A DNA stretch of 64,000 bases, from NCBI GenBank assembly GCA_049719805.1, contig JBNARF010000002.1, forward strand, positions 423,926-487,925. The letters are read 5' to 3'. Under the pieces are notes generated by a model, which was given only the letters and a program-made list of their open reading frames with translations, was not told where the DNA came from and did not search any database. Source of the DNA: Candidatus Hydrothermia bacterium. GTDB taxonomy: Bacteria > Hydrothermota > Hydrothermia > UBA1063. Positions 39,421 through 49,686 of this stretch are shown here, piece by piece. The stretch's first letter is position 1. Each line of letters opens with the position of its first letter. The translations under genes and the position numbers were made by a program.

Positions 39421-41318
39421 CAGATATCCTCGAGAAGGGTTTTAATAGTGTTGTAAATCCCGTCAGGATCGAGGTTAACCAGCTTCAGAATTTCCTCTCT
39501 TTTGCCCTGTTCTATGAAAGCGTCGGGGAGTCCAATGTTGAAAACTCTAACGTTTTTACCTTTGAAATTCTGATGCAAGTATTCCAGCACCGCTGAGCCA
39601 AATCCTCCTGGCAGGTTATTTTCCTCAACGGTAACTATTAACCTGGGGGATGACTCCACAACATCTGAGATCATTCTATGGTCCATGGGTTTTATAAACC
39701 TGGAGTTAATTACCGCAACGCTTATTCCGTTTTTTTGTAGTCTTTCTGCAGCGTTTAAGGCTGGATAAACCATACTCCCAACAGCAAAGATAACAATATC
39801 TTTGTAGTCTTTCCCGAAGACTTTCTCCCATTTTCCTATGGGTATAAGCTCTGGATTTTCTTTTATTGGTACACCCGCCACTTCCCCTTTCGGATATCTT
39901 AAAGTAATAGGACCTCTATCGTATTGCCACATGGTGTAAAGCATATCCACAAGTTCATCTTCGTCTTTAGGTGCCATAACCACAAAATTCGGGATTATTC
40001 TCAGGTAAGAATAGTCGAAAACTCCATGATGTGTGGCCCCGTCTTCACCAACGATTCCACCCCGGTCCATTACAAACCTTACAGGTATGTTCTGAATCCC
40101 AACATCATGTATAAGCTGGTCCAAGGCTCTCTGTAAGAAAGTGGAATATATACATGTAAAGGGTTTTAATCCGTTAAGAGCCAGCCCTGCTGAGAAGGTT
40201 ACAGCATGTTGCTCCGCAATTCCAACATCGAAGAAGCGATCTGGAAATTTCTCTCTGAATAAATCAAGACCGGTGCCCAAAGGCATGGCTGCCGTTATGG
40301 CCACTACTCTTTCATCTTTTTCTGCAATGTCTACAATAGTTTTTCTAAATATACTGGTATACGTGGGTAAAGATGAAGTTTTAATGGGTTTGCCTGACTC
40401 TTTTTCGAAAGGCCCGAGACCGTGGAAAAATTCCGGATTTTCCTCAGCAGGTCTGTATCCTTTGCCCTTCTGCGTTAAAACGTGAAGTAGTACAGGACCC
40501 GATTTAAGCCTTTTTACTCGTGAAAAAGTCTCAATGAGCTGTTTTAAATCATGTCCGTTCAGTGGCCCCACATATTCAATTCCAAGTTCTTCAAAGATGA
40601 TAGTGGGTACAGCTAAACTTTTGATATTTTCCTTAATCTTCTTCGCTATTTCCTTCATTCTCCTGGATAGAAAACGGGAGGGGATCTTATCTAAAAACTC
40701 CCAGAGCTCTTCTTTAGCCTTGAAGTATTTTGGAGATGTAACAATTTTTGAAAGGTAATTCGATATGGCGCCAACATTTTCGGCAATGGACATCTCATTA
40801 TCATTAAGGATTATGATGAGGTCCTTCTTCAGGTGCCCAATATTGTTGAGGGCTTCCAGTGCCATACCACCGGTAAGAGCACCATCTCCTACTATGGCAA
40901 CCACCTTATAGTCTTCACCCTTTAAGTCCCTGGCCACTGCGAATCCCAGAGCAGCGGAGAGTGCCGTTGATGCGTGTCCTGCGCCAAATATATCGTGCTC
41001 GCTCTCGTTTCTTTTGAGGAAGCCGCTAATTCCATTCAACTGTCTTAGAGTTTTAAAGGCTTCGCGTCTGCCTGTTATTATTTTGTGAACATAAGCCTGA
41101 TGACCGACGTCCCAGATAAGTTTGTCTCTTGGAGAATCAAAGACGTAGTGAAGGGCCAGAGTAAGTTCCACTGCTCCAAGGTTAGGTGCAAGATGACCAC
41201 CATTTTTAGAAACCACATCTACTATATATTCTCGAATTTCGCTGGCCAGAATTTCAAGCTCTCTTAAGCTCAGTTTCTTTAAATCCCCGGGTGTGTTTAT
41301 TTTTGGTAAGATTTCCAT
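39420..41318 (-). CDS. dxs: 1-deoxy-D-xylulose-5-phosphate synthase
   Basis: TPP-binding GDGALTGGMALEALNN, 632 aa. Confidence 0.95.
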   Translation of the reverse strand: MEILPKINTPGDLKKLSLRELEILASEIREYIVDVVSKNGGHLAPNLGAVELTLALHYVFDSPRDKLIWDVGHQAYVHKIITGRREAFKTLRQLNGISGFLKRNESEHDIFGAGHASTALSAALGFAVARDLKGEDYKVVAIVGDGALTGGMALEALNNIGHLKKDLIIILNDNEMSIAENVGAISNYLSKIVTSPKYFKAKEELWEFLDKIPSRFLSRRMKEIAKKIKENIKSLAVPTIIFEELGIEYVGPLNGHDLKQLIETFSRVKRLKSGPVLLHVLTQKGKGYRPAEENPEFFHGLGPFEKESGKPIKTSSLPTYTSIFRKTIVDIAEKDERVVAITAAMPLGTGLDLFREKFPDRFFDVGIAEQHAVTFSAGLALNGLKPFTCIYSTFLQRALDQLIHDVGIQNIPVRFVMDRGGIVGEDGATHHGVFDYSYLRIIPNFVVMAPKDEDELVDMLYTMWQYDRGPITLRYPKGEVAGVPIKENPELIPIGKWEKVFGKDYKDIVIFAVGSMVYPALNAAERLQKNGISVAVINSRFIKPMDHRMISDVVESSPRLIVTVEENNLPGGFGSAVLEYLHQNFKGKNVRVFNIGLPDAFIEQGKREEILKLVNLDPDGIYNTIKTLLEDI

Positions 41319-41322
41319 TTTA

Positions 41323-42273
41323 CTATTTTAACCTTAAGTCTTCGTAAGCAGAAAGGGCTGCAATAGCCCCCTGTGCCGCAGCTACAATTATCTGCGCAAC
41401 TCCACCTGTAACATCGCCCGCAGCATAGACTCGTGGAATATTGGTTCTCATTCTATTATCTACTTTTATGTAACCCCTTTGATCCAGCTCGCACCCGAGA
41501 TTTTTTGCAAGTTCACTCTGTGGAATGAGCCCCACATAGATAAAAATCCCGTCGGTCTCAATAATTTTCTCCTCACCTGTTGCTCTGTCGATGTACTTTA
41601 CACCCCGTGCTACTTCGTCACCGAATATCTCGGTAACCTGAGCATTGGTTATGTACTTTATGCCCCTTTCCTGGAGTTTTTTGACGTAAAAGTTTTCGCA
41701 CATAAATCTTGGCATGAATTCCAGAATTGTGACTTCTTTCACAATGTCGGCCAGTACAAGGGCTGCTGCCGCACCAGAGTTTCCACCACCAATTACTACT
41801 ACTCTTCTGTCTTTGAAGAAGTAGCCATCGCAGGTAACACAATATGAAATGCCTTTTCCATAAAACTCCTGCTCACCCTTAACATTTAAATGCTTGTGAG
41901 TAGTTCCAGTGGCGAAGATTACTGCCTGGGCGATAAAATTTCCCTGGTCAGATTCAACGAAATACTTTCTGTCTTCCAATTTTTCCACCTTGGTAACTGG
42001 TGACATTTCCAATATCGGCATGTACTGCGACGCGTGTTCCTTCATTTTTCTTGCCAGCTCTTCGCCTTTAAGGCCAAAAAATCCAGTATAGTTTTCCACA
42101 AAGGGCGCTTCGGCTGCAAGGCCTCCGCCCACTCCCTTTTCAAGAATTATCCCTGTAAGTCCACTCCTTGCGGCATAGATTCCAGCAGTCAACCCTGCAG
42201 GACCAGAACCAATAATTACAATATCAAGTTCTTTTGTTTCTTTTGCTTCTCCCTTCTTTGGTATAAATAACAT
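41323..42273 (-). CDS. trxB: thioredoxin-disulfide reductase
   Basis: GSGPAG FAD motif and the redox CVTCDG motif. Confidence 0.85.
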   Translation of the reverse strand: MLFIPKKGEAKETKELDIVIIGSGPAGLTAGIYAARSGLTGIILEKGVGGGLAAEAPFVENYTGFFGLKGEELARKMKEHASQYMPILEMSPVTKVEKLEDRKYFVESDQGNFIAQAVIFATGTTHKHLNVKGEQEFYGKGISYCVTCDGYFFKDRRVVVIGGGNSGAAAALVLADIVKEVTILEFMPRFMCENFYVKKLQERGIKYITNAQVTEIFGDEVARGVKYIDRATGEEKIIETDGIFIYVGLIPQSELAKNLGCELDQRGYIKVDNRMRTNIPRVYAAGDVTGGVAQIIVAAAQGAIAALSAYEDLRLK

Positions 42274-42312
42274 CCTAACCTCCTTTCACATTTTTAGCCT
42301 TAAAATGATTAT

Positions 42313-44415
42313 ATGGCAGAAATTCGAGATTTAATTATAAAACTCCTAAAAAGGAACCCCAAAGGGCTCTCCTTCAGTGCACTGAGGAAAGCGCTTAAAA
42401 TAAGGGGAAGAGCCGTTAAAGCTCTTGAGAAAGAATTGAAGGTCCTTCAAAATGACGGGTTAATTTACAGAGACAGAAGTAAGTATCTGCTCGCTGCCGA
42501 AGGTACAGAGAAGGGATACTTTCAGAAATTTGCTGGTGGATTTGGTTTCCTTTTGCGGGAAGGGAAAGAGGATGTTTTTATTCCCCCACATGCCACCATG
42601 GGAGCCATGGATGGTGACTATGTTATGGTGGCCATCGTGAGAGAAAGGGAGGGAAAAAAGCCAGAAGGGCGGATTATTAAGATTATTAAGCGAGCAGATA
42701 AAAGGTTTTCAGGTACTTTGAAGAAAGTAGGTAAACGCATGGTAATCGTTCCGGATGATAAGACACTGCCAGAATATATTGCCATTGAAAAAAGCAAGAA
42801 TATTAAGGGAAAACTTTTCGAAGGATTCAAGGTTGTTTTCAGGGTGAGAGAGAATCGAGCAGAGATTGATGAAATTATAGGCCCTGAAGATGATCCTTCC
42901 GTGGATTATAAGCTGGTGATTTCAAAATATAAGCTTAAGGAGGAGTTTCCCAAAAAGGTACTGAGTGAAATTCAGAATGTCAGGATTACCGGAAAGAGGC
43001 TGGATTTACGCGATGAGTTTATTATAACCATTGATCCGAGGGACGCCAAGGATTTCGACGACGCAATTTCTATAAAAAGAGAGGGTGACCTTTATATCCT
43101 CGGGGTACATATAGCAGATGTTTCGGCATATGTTAGAGAAGATTCCCGTCTGGATAAAGAAGCAATGGCGAGGGGATGCAGTACCTATCTTATAGACAAG
43201 GTTATACCCATGCTGCCCCACGAGTTGTCTTCGGATTTATGTTCATTAAAACCCGGCGTAGATAGATATACCATGAGCGTATTCATGTGGATAGATAAGG
43301 AGGGCAATGTAATCAGGAGAGAGTTTTATAACTCTTTAATCAATTCCAAAGCAAGACTTTCCTACGAAGACGCCCAGAACATTATAGAGGGTAAGCCTCT
43401 GGAGAAAAATAGTGTATCTGTATTTGTAGGAGATAGTTTTTCAAAAATCAGAGATTTTTTGCTTCTTGCCAGAGAACTTGCATGGATATTGAGGGAGGCA
43501 AGAAGAAAAAGGGGCAGTCTTGATTTTGATCTTCCTGAACCTGTGGTGGAACTTACCCCCCAGGGAAGGGTAATTTCTATTACACCCTCCATAAGACTCG
43601 ATACACATAGAATTATTGAGGAATTCATGGTAAGGGCTAACGAAACTGTTGCAGAATATCTTGAAGAAAACGGTTTCCCTGCGATTTTCAGAGTTCACGA
43701 GCCCCCCGATGAAGCGAAAATAAGGAATTTTATAAAAGTTGCGGAGGGGATCATAGGAGAGAAATTGGATGTACAAGGTCTTGACAGGTATGCATTACAG
43801 AAAATTATAGAGATTGCAGAGTCAAAAGGTCATGGACCTATTATTTCTTATCTTCTCCTGAGGTCAATGAAAAGAGCCAAATATTCTATTCAGAACGTTG
43901 GCCATTACGGGCTTGCTTCAAAGTGTTATTTACATTTTACATCGCCCATAAGAAGATATCCAGATCTTGTGGTGCACAGAATTTTGAAGAAGGCAATGGG
44001 TAGGAGAAAGGTGGAATTCGACGATGAATACATTCAAAAACTTGATGAAATTGCAAGGCACTCCACACAGAGAGAGGAGATTTCGGAGAAGGCTGAGTGG
44101 GATCTTGTGGATTTCAAAAAGTATGAATTTATGAAGGATAAAGTGGGGCAAGTGTTCGATGGCGTAATAACCCACATGGTTTCACAGGGCATTTTTGTGG
44201 AAATCGAAGAATTTCTTACGGAAGGTTTTGTGATGATTAATAAGCAAGGAAAGAAAATAGCTTTTGATGAAGAGAAAATGGAACTTTCTTACAATGGCAA
44301 GATATTGAGACTCGGAGATAGAATAAAGGTGAAAGTGATTTCGGTGGACAAATGGAATAAAAGCATGGAACTTGCCTTATATGATGAAGAGCAAAGTTCT
44401 AATATTAATTCCTGA
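42313..44415 (+). CDS. rnr: ribonuclease R
   Basis: RNB motifs (FTSPIRRYPDLVVHR) and a C-terminal S1 domain. Confidence 0.9.
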   Translation: MAEIRDLIIKLLKRNPKGLSFSALRKALKIRGRAVKALEKELKVLQNDGLIYRDRSKYLLAAEGTEKGYFQKFAGGFGFLLREGKEDVFIPPHATMGAMDGDYVMVAIVREREGKKPEGRIIKIIKRADKRFSGTLKKVGKRMVIVPDDKTLPEYIAIEKSKNIKGKLFEGFKVVFRVRENRAEIDEIIGPEDDPSVDYKLVISKYKLKEEFPKKVLSEIQNVRITGKRLDLRDEFIITIDPRDAKDFDDAISIKREGDLYILGVHIADVSAYVREDSRLDKEAMARGCSTYLIDKVIPMLPHELSSDLCSLKPGVDRYTMSVFMWIDKEGNVIRREFYNSLINSKARLSYEDAQNIIEGKPLEKNSVSVFVGDSFSKIRDFLLLARELAWILREARRKRGSLDFDLPEPVVELTPQGRVISITPSIRLDTHRIIEEFMVRANETVAEYLEENGFPAIFRVHEPPDEAKIRNFIKVAEGIIGEKLDVQGLDRYALQKIIEIAESKGHGPIISYLLLRSMKRAKYSIQNVGHYGLASKCYLHFTSPIRRYPDLVVHRILKKAMGRRKVEFDDEYIQKLDEIARHSTQREEISEKAEWDLVDFKKYEFMKDKVGQVFDGVITHMVSQGIFVEIEEFLTEGFVMINKQGKKIAFDEEKMELSYNGKILRLGDRIKVKVISVDKWNKSMELALYDEEQSSNINS

Positions 44416-45346
44416 ACTTGAAGAAAAACATAAGAGTTTATTTGAGGAGCACCTTGGTAAGTACTGTGATTTATATTTCCGGCTTGAAGATGTGGCTCTT
44501 AATGATGTTGATGCACTTATTATTTTCCACTATGATGGTGTAATAAATCTCGATTTGCTCAAGAAAATGAAAAATTTGAAAATTATTCAGTCCATCACAG
44601 CTGGCATTGATCATATCCCTGTAAAGGAGATCGAGAGATTAGGCATAAAGGTAGAAGGAGCACCCGGCGCGAATTCTCATTTTATAGCAGAGCATGTCTT
44701 TGCCATGATTTTATGCGCTATTAAGAAGATATGTTACCATACTGAAACCATGCGGAAAGGAGAATTTCATCAGGAGGAGATGCACCGTACCCTCTGGGGA
44801 AAGAACATGTTAATTTTGGGGTTCGGTACCATTGGTCAGGAGGTGGCAAAGATCTCAAGGACCTTTAATATGAAAATAAGGGTTTTTAAGAAGAATCCTG
44901 AAATTCCTGAAGATTTTAAGAAAATTGTTGAAAAAGTTTATACTTCTAAGGACGAGCTATTTGAGGCCTGGTCCTGGGCAGACTATCTGGTTTTAGCTTT
45001 GCCATTAACTGAGGAAACCATAAGTTTTATTGGAGAACATGAGCTTTCATTGATGAAAAAGGATACAGTTCTGGTGAATGTAGCAAGGGGTAAGCTCATT
45101 GACGAGGGGGCGCTTTATAAACATCTTGTGGAAAATCCCGATTTTATAGCGTGCCTGGACACCTGGTGGGTTTACCCGGGAAAAGGGGGACTTTTTCGAC
45201 AGCACTTTGATTTTCAAAAATTAAACAACGTTGTAATGACTCCTCATGTTGCACCAAAAGTAGAGGGTTATTTTGAAAATATGATAATCACCGCTTCAAA
45301 AAAGCTTCTTAAAAGCCTTCAGGAGGTTGCTCATGAAGGAGCTTAA
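44372..45346 (+). CDS. D-isomer-specific 2-hydroxyacid dehydrogenase
   Basis: NAD-binding [11 protein letters not shown]. The true start is probably a few codons downstream. Confidence 0.75.
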   Translation: MPYMMKSKVLILIPELEEKHKSLFEEHLGKYCDLYFRLEDVALNDVDALIIFHYDGVINLDLLKKMKNLKIIQSITAGIDHIPVKEIERLGIKVEGAPGANSHFIAEHVFAMILCAIKKICYHTETMRKGEFHQEEMHRTLWGKNMLILGFGTIGQEVAKISRTFNMKIRVFKKNPEIPEDFKKIVEKVYTSKDELFEAWSWADYLVLALPLTEETISFIGEHELSLMKKDTVLVNVARGKLIDEGALYKHLVENPDFIACLDTWWVYPGKGGLFRQHFDFQKLNNVVMTPHVAPKVEGYFENMIITASKKLLKSLQEVAHEGA

Positions 45347-45887
45347 AAGATATGAAGTAAAACCGGGGAAATATATCGTTGTGGTTCAGGGTGATATAAC
45401 CGAAGAAAATGTGGATGCCATAGTTAATGCTGCCAATTCCCATTTAAAACACGGTGGAGGCGTTGCTGGAGCCATAGTTAGAAAAGGCGGAGAGATAATT
45501 CAAAAGGAAAGTGACGCCATAGGATATTGTCCAGTGGGTGATGCCGTGGTAACTTCAGCGGGTAATCTCAAGGCAAAATATGTAATTCACGCTGTGGGTC
45601 CAAGGTGGGGTGAGGGGGATGAAGAGAGGAAGTTAAGGAGCGCAGTGTATAGCGCTCTGGAGAGGGCTACGGAAAGAAAACTAAAAAGCATCTCCATCCC
45701 CGCCATAAGTACTGGAATTTTCGGATATCCGAAGGGCCCCGGGACTCGAGTAATTTTTGACACATGTGTTGAATATCTGAAAAGTAAGGAAACTACCCTA
45801 GAAGAGGTAAGGCTTTGTAATATTGACGAAGAGACCTGTAAATATTATTTACTCTACATTGAAGAGCTTGAGGAGTCAAAAGGGTGA
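45327..45887 (+). CDS. macro-domain protein (ADP-ribose binding / O-acetyl-ADP-ribose deacetylase)
   Basis: [17 protein letters not shown] motif. Confidence 0.85.
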   Translation: MLMKELKRYEVKPGKYIVVVQGDITEENVDAIVNAANSHLKHGGGVAGAIVRKGGEIIQKESDAIGYCPVGDAVVTSAGNLKAKYVIHAVGPRWGEGDEERKLRSAVYSALERATERKLKSISIPAISTGIFGYPKGPGTRVIFDTCVEYLKSKETTLEEVRLCNIDEETCKYYLLYIEELEESKG

Positions 45888-46426
45888 GATTCTAGTTCAT
45901 CGGGTAGAGATAGGAAAGCAGCAGCGAGAAAAATCCATCCTGCGAATATTAAAAAGGCGCCCACGACTAATATAATTAAAATAGATCCGTAAAAAATTAA
46001 GTCTCCAGCCGTGGAGAACTGCTTCACCTTTGTACTTCCAGCGGCCAATTTAAAGCTTCCCCTGTAAAAGTAAGCAGATGCTATGAGAACTGCGTAAAAA
46101 AGCAAAATTATAAAAATGATGGTGGAGGTAATGTTTTGTAAGAAATTATATGGACTTAGGCTAAAAATTGAAGTTAGAAAAGCACCAGCTCCCAGGATAA
46201 AAGCCAGGATTACTACTCCTGTGCTCCCTACAATGCTGATAATAAATCCTATAAGGTATTTATTGAAAATCCCTTCGTCATTCATAGCTTTCGACAAGCC
46301 ATTGATAGCGATTATTATCGTTATGATTCCCACAAGCCTGATCAGAAAACCTACTCTTGGTAAGAAACCCAATAGATTTAATATTACCCCCACAGTGCCC
46401 ATGATTTTTACGTCTTTAATTCTCAT
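45854..46426 (-). CDS. integral membrane hypothetical protein
   Basis: Five to six TM helices. Confidence 0.4.
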   Translation of the reverse strand: MRIKDVKIMGTVGVILNLLGFLPRVGFLIRLVGIITIIIAINGLSKAMNDEGIFNKYLIGFIISIVGSTGVVILAFILGAGAFLTSIFSLSPYNFLQNITSTIIFIILLFYAVLIASAYFYRGSFKLAAGSTKVKQFSTAGDLIFYGSILIILVVGAFLIFAGWIFLAAAFLSLPDELESHPFDSSSSSM

Positions 46427-46444
46427 ATTATCCTCCTGAGAAAA

Positions 46445-47635
46445 TTATACAATTTTACGAAAATATTTTTCAATTCTGTCGATTATTGATTCCCAGGAAA
46501 AGTTTTCCTTAATGTGTTTTTGGCCTCCTTCCACCAGGGTTTTTCTCAATTCTGGATTCTCAATAAGTTTTATGATTTTATTTGCCAGGTCATCGGGATC
46601 CCCCGGGCGAGCTAGGAGGCCAGTCTTTCCCTCAATTATTATGTCTGGTATTCCACCTACCTCTGAGCCAATAACGGGAATACCAAAGGATAATGCTTCT
46701 ACGAGGACCATGCCAAGTCCTTCTGTTTCCCCTTGTTTGTTAACAATGGAGGGAAGGACAAGGATCGATGCCTCTTCAAAAGCTGTGCGAAGGGGTTCCC
46801 CGGTGAGGAATCCCGTGAAGGTGACATTATCTAAATTTAATTCTTGTACAAGGTGTAAAAGATCTTCCTTAAGGGGCCCATCACCCACTATGGTTAGGTA
46901 TGTATCCCTGTACTTTTTTTGAACCGCCTCAAAGGCTTTTATGAGGACGTCGACACCCTTCAAATCTATTAATCGTCCAACGAATAAAATATTGATTCTT
47001 CTCTTTTCCTTGTATGGCAACATGGAATCCAGGTGAGGATTTCCGAGGGGTATAATTTCGAATTTCGTTTTGATTCCAAGATTTAATAATAGATTCCGTA
47101 TATAGCTGGAATTTGTGAAAGTAACGGACGATAATGAACATAATCCGGAAAATAGAAGCTTCAAAAGCTTGGGTAATCTCCTCAGTAAAGCCGCATCAGA
47201 CCCATGAAAGTAGGTGACTATCTTGCTGCCCCTAATAATTTTATGGGGCAGAGCAAAGATGATGTGCGGTATGGGCCATTGCACATAGATTATATCGAAA
47301 TTCTCTTTTAATGAGAGAATAATGGAATGAAAAAAGCCCGAAAGTAAGTAAGGAAGAACAAGGAGTATGTAAACTGGTTTGACTTTAATTAGCGTGGGAA
47401 CTGCAGCATCGTGGGTCAGTTTTTCAATTTTTTTCGGAGCATATCGGAATCTGTAAATTTTAATCCCTTGAAATTCCTTTTGTTTTATTCCTCCATACGA
47501 TGAAGTGAATACTTTGACTTCGAAACCTCGCTCGCTGAGGAGTTTAATTTCTTTTACAAGCCAGGGGGTTATAACGTCGTTTTCACTCCTCGGAAAAGCA
47601 GTGGTAATCACAAGAACTTTTAGATTCCTTTCCAC
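46445..47635 (-). CDS. glycosyltransferase family 4
   Basis: EGLGMVLVEALSFGIPVIGS motif. Confidence 0.8.
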   Translation of the reverse strand: MERNLKVLVITTAFPRSENDVITPWLVKEIKLLSERGFEVKVFTSSYGGIKQKEFQGIKIYRFRYAPKKIEKLTHDAAVPTLIKVKPVYILLVLPYLLSGFFHSIILSLKENFDIIYVQWPIPHIIFALPHKIIRGSKIVTYFHGSDAALLRRLPKLLKLLFSGLCSLSSVTFTNSSYIRNLLLNLGIKTKFEIIPLGNPHLDSMLPYKEKRRINILFVGRLIDLKGVDVLIKAFEAVQKKYRDTYLTIVGDGPLKEDLLHLVQELNLDNVTFTGFLTGEPLRTAFEEASILVLPSIVNKQGETEGLGMVLVEALSFGIPVIGSEVGGIPDIIIEGKTGLLARPGDPDDLANKIIKLIENPELRKTLVEGGQKHIKENFSWESIIDRIEKYFRKIV

Positions 47636-47708
47636 GTTTCAATTTTAAAATGTAATCGGTGAAATTTAAAGTTTAGTTTATAATTTAATAAACAAAAGGA
47701 GGTTTTTC

Positions 47709-48179
47709 ATGCCCAGGTATTTAAAATTTGTTGTATCCATTGCATTACCCCTAATTATAGGTTTTATCGGAGGGATTGCTACGTCTTCTTCGGTGAGCAC
47801 GTGGTATAAGGGGCTTGTAAAACCATCTTTTACACCACCTAACTGGCTTTTCGGCCCTGCCTGGACTTTGCTTTACATTCTAATGGGAATTGCATTTTAT
47901 ATCGTATGGATGAAGAATTTCGGTGGCAAGGCATCATTGATTATTACAATTTTTTCATTACAACTTCTTGCGAATTTGTTGTGGTCAATTTTATTTTTTG
48001 GGCTTAAGAATCCCCTGCTTGGACTTGTTGATATTGTAGTGTTATGGATTTTAATCCTCATAAACATAGTTTATTTCTTCAGGGTTAGTAACGCCGCCGG
48101 TATCCTCCTTATCCCTTATATTCTGTGGGTAACCTTCGCTACAGCGTTAAATGCGGGGGTATATATCCTAAACAAATAG
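47709..48179 (+). CDS. tspO: TspO/MBR tryptophan-rich sensory protein
   Basis: Five TM helices and the PPNWLFGPAWTLLY motif. Confidence 0.8.
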   Translation: MPRYLKFVVSIALPLIIGFIGGIATSSSVSTWYKGLVKPSFTPPNWLFGPAWTLLYILMGIAFYIVWMKNFGGKASLIITIFSLQLLANLLWSILFFGLKNPLLGLVDIVVLWILILINIVYFFRVSNAAGILLIPYILWVTFATALNAGVYILNK

Positions 48180-48195
48180 AAAAGTTCACTTTCTA

Positions 48196-49290
48196 ATGTT
48201 GGTTTTACTATTTGATCTCTTTTTCTTCATCCTTTCCCTTTTTGCTCTTTTGAAAGTTGTCAAGTACTACAAGTCTAAGGGCTACCTTACCGAAAAAGCT
48301 GATGAAAGATATTGGAGAATTTCGGTTATAATTCCTGCTCGAAACGAAGCAAACAGGATCCGCAGATTATTAGATTCTCTGATGAAACAGACCTATTCAC
48401 CATATGAAGTTATTGTAGTTGATGATGATTCCAGCGATGGGACAGGAAAACTCGTTTCTTCCTATGGATTCAGACTCATTAAGGTTAAACCCCCTTCCCG
48501 TTGGACTGGAAAGTGTTTTGCGCTGTACAGTGGAGCAAAGGAAGCAACGGGTGATATTTTGCTCTTTCTTGATGCAGATACCTGGCTGGACAAAAATTTT
48601 TTAGGATATTTTAAAGATTTTATAGAAGGAGATAAAATTCTTACGATCCAGCCTTACCATGAGGTTTTACATTTTTACGAGCATTTTTCCATGCTTTTAA
48701 ACCTGATATCTTTTATTGGCGTAGAGGTAGGCGCAGGGAAGAGATCCTATAACGTGAAAAGAGGGCTCTTTGGACCATGTATATTCTTCCCAAGGAAAAT
48801 TTACACAGAAATTGGAGGTCATGAGCTTGTGAAAAACAGTTTGATAGAGGACATGGATTTGGGGTTAAAGCTCCGTGAAATGGGTTTTGAAGTTTTAGCA
48901 TTACCCCATAATGGTCTTATAAAGTATCGTATGTATTCGGAAGGTTTGTTGAGTCTCATAAAGGGATGGGTCAAGAATTTTTCCCGGGGAGCCAGGAGAT
49001 CTTCTTTTTTCACCATATTACAGGTAGTCTCTCTGGTGGCCTTTTATTTCGGAGGACTGAAGGCTTTATTTTTACCCCCCTCTGAAACGGAGCTCAGGCT
49101 TTTGTATGCATTTATGTGGATTATATATCTTTTGGCGTTTTACCTTGCTGTTTCTGAACTGGGTTCTTTTAAATGGTGGGATGTATTGTTACTTCCATTA
49201 CACTATGTCTTTTTCATTTTAGTTTTCACTGTTTCCATTATTTTCGCTGTTTTTAATATCCCAATTGATTGGCGGGGTAGAAGAGTTTGA
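48196..49290 (+). CDS. glycosyltransferase family 2
   Basis: IIPARNE and VVDDDSSDGT motifs. Confidence 0.75.
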   Translation: MLVLLFDLFFFILSLFALLKVVKYYKSKGYLTEKADERYWRISVIIPARNEANRIRRLLDSLMKQTYSPYEVIVVDDDSSDGTGKLVSSYGFRLIKVKPPSRWTGKCFALYSGAKEATGDILLFLDADTWLDKNFLGYFKDFIEGDKILTIQPYHEVLHFYEHFSMLLNLISFIGVEVGAGKRSYNVKRGLFGPCIFFPRKIYTEIGGHELVKNSLIEDMDLGLKLREMGFEVLALPHNGLIKYRMYSEGLLSLIKGWVKNFSRGARRSSFFTILQVVSLVAFYFGGLKALFLPPSETELRLLYAFMWIIYLLAFYLAVSELGSFKWWDVLLLPLHYVFFILVFTVSIIFAVFNIPIDWRGRRV

Positions 49291-49686
49291 GTTTTCATGT
49301 ATTAGCTTTAATGCGTTTTCTTTAAGATGTGGGAAGTTGCATTCGGAGCAGTCCCAGTATCCATAGCGGTTCCTATATCCCCGCCCCATGGGGTTTTTAC
49401 ATCTTCCGTATATTTTGTTTTCTTCATCCCATAGGTCATAGTCAAAATAAGGGCATCCACAGAAAAAACAAATTAATTCATCATCTTTTAGCTTATGACA
49501 CTTTACATTTTCTTTAAAAAGCGGGCAGAAGTCAGGATTCGATTTTTTCAGATTTGAGTAAGTAAAGTGTTCCAGGATTTCTTTCGGGCTTTTAGCTTTT
49601 ATATTTTTGACTACTTCTGCCCGCTTTTTCTTGAATTCATTGTACCACTTTTTTAGTGGATTAGTTGTATTTTCTGTAAATTCCAA
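49219..49686 (-). CDS. Cys-rich hypothetical protein. Last gene of the B12-riboswitch operon
   Basis: CxxCxC...C...C...CxxC pattern with no recognizable domain. Overlaps the upstream gene on the same strand. Confidence 0.4.
   Translation of the reverse strand: MEFTENTTNPLKKWYNEFKKKRAEVVKNIKAKSPKEILEHFTYSNLKKSNPDFCPLFKENVKCHKLKDDELICFFCGCPYFDYDLWDEENKIYGRCKNPMGRGYRNRYGYWDCSECNFPHLKENALKLIHENSNSSTPPINWDIKNSENNGNSEN

Noticed and set aside
44372-44415. 44-nt overlap between rnr and the 2-hydroxyacid dehydrogenase, considered as a possible programmed frameshift.
   Set aside because: More simply explained by a downstream true start codon (MMKSK or MKSKV) for the dehydrogenase.
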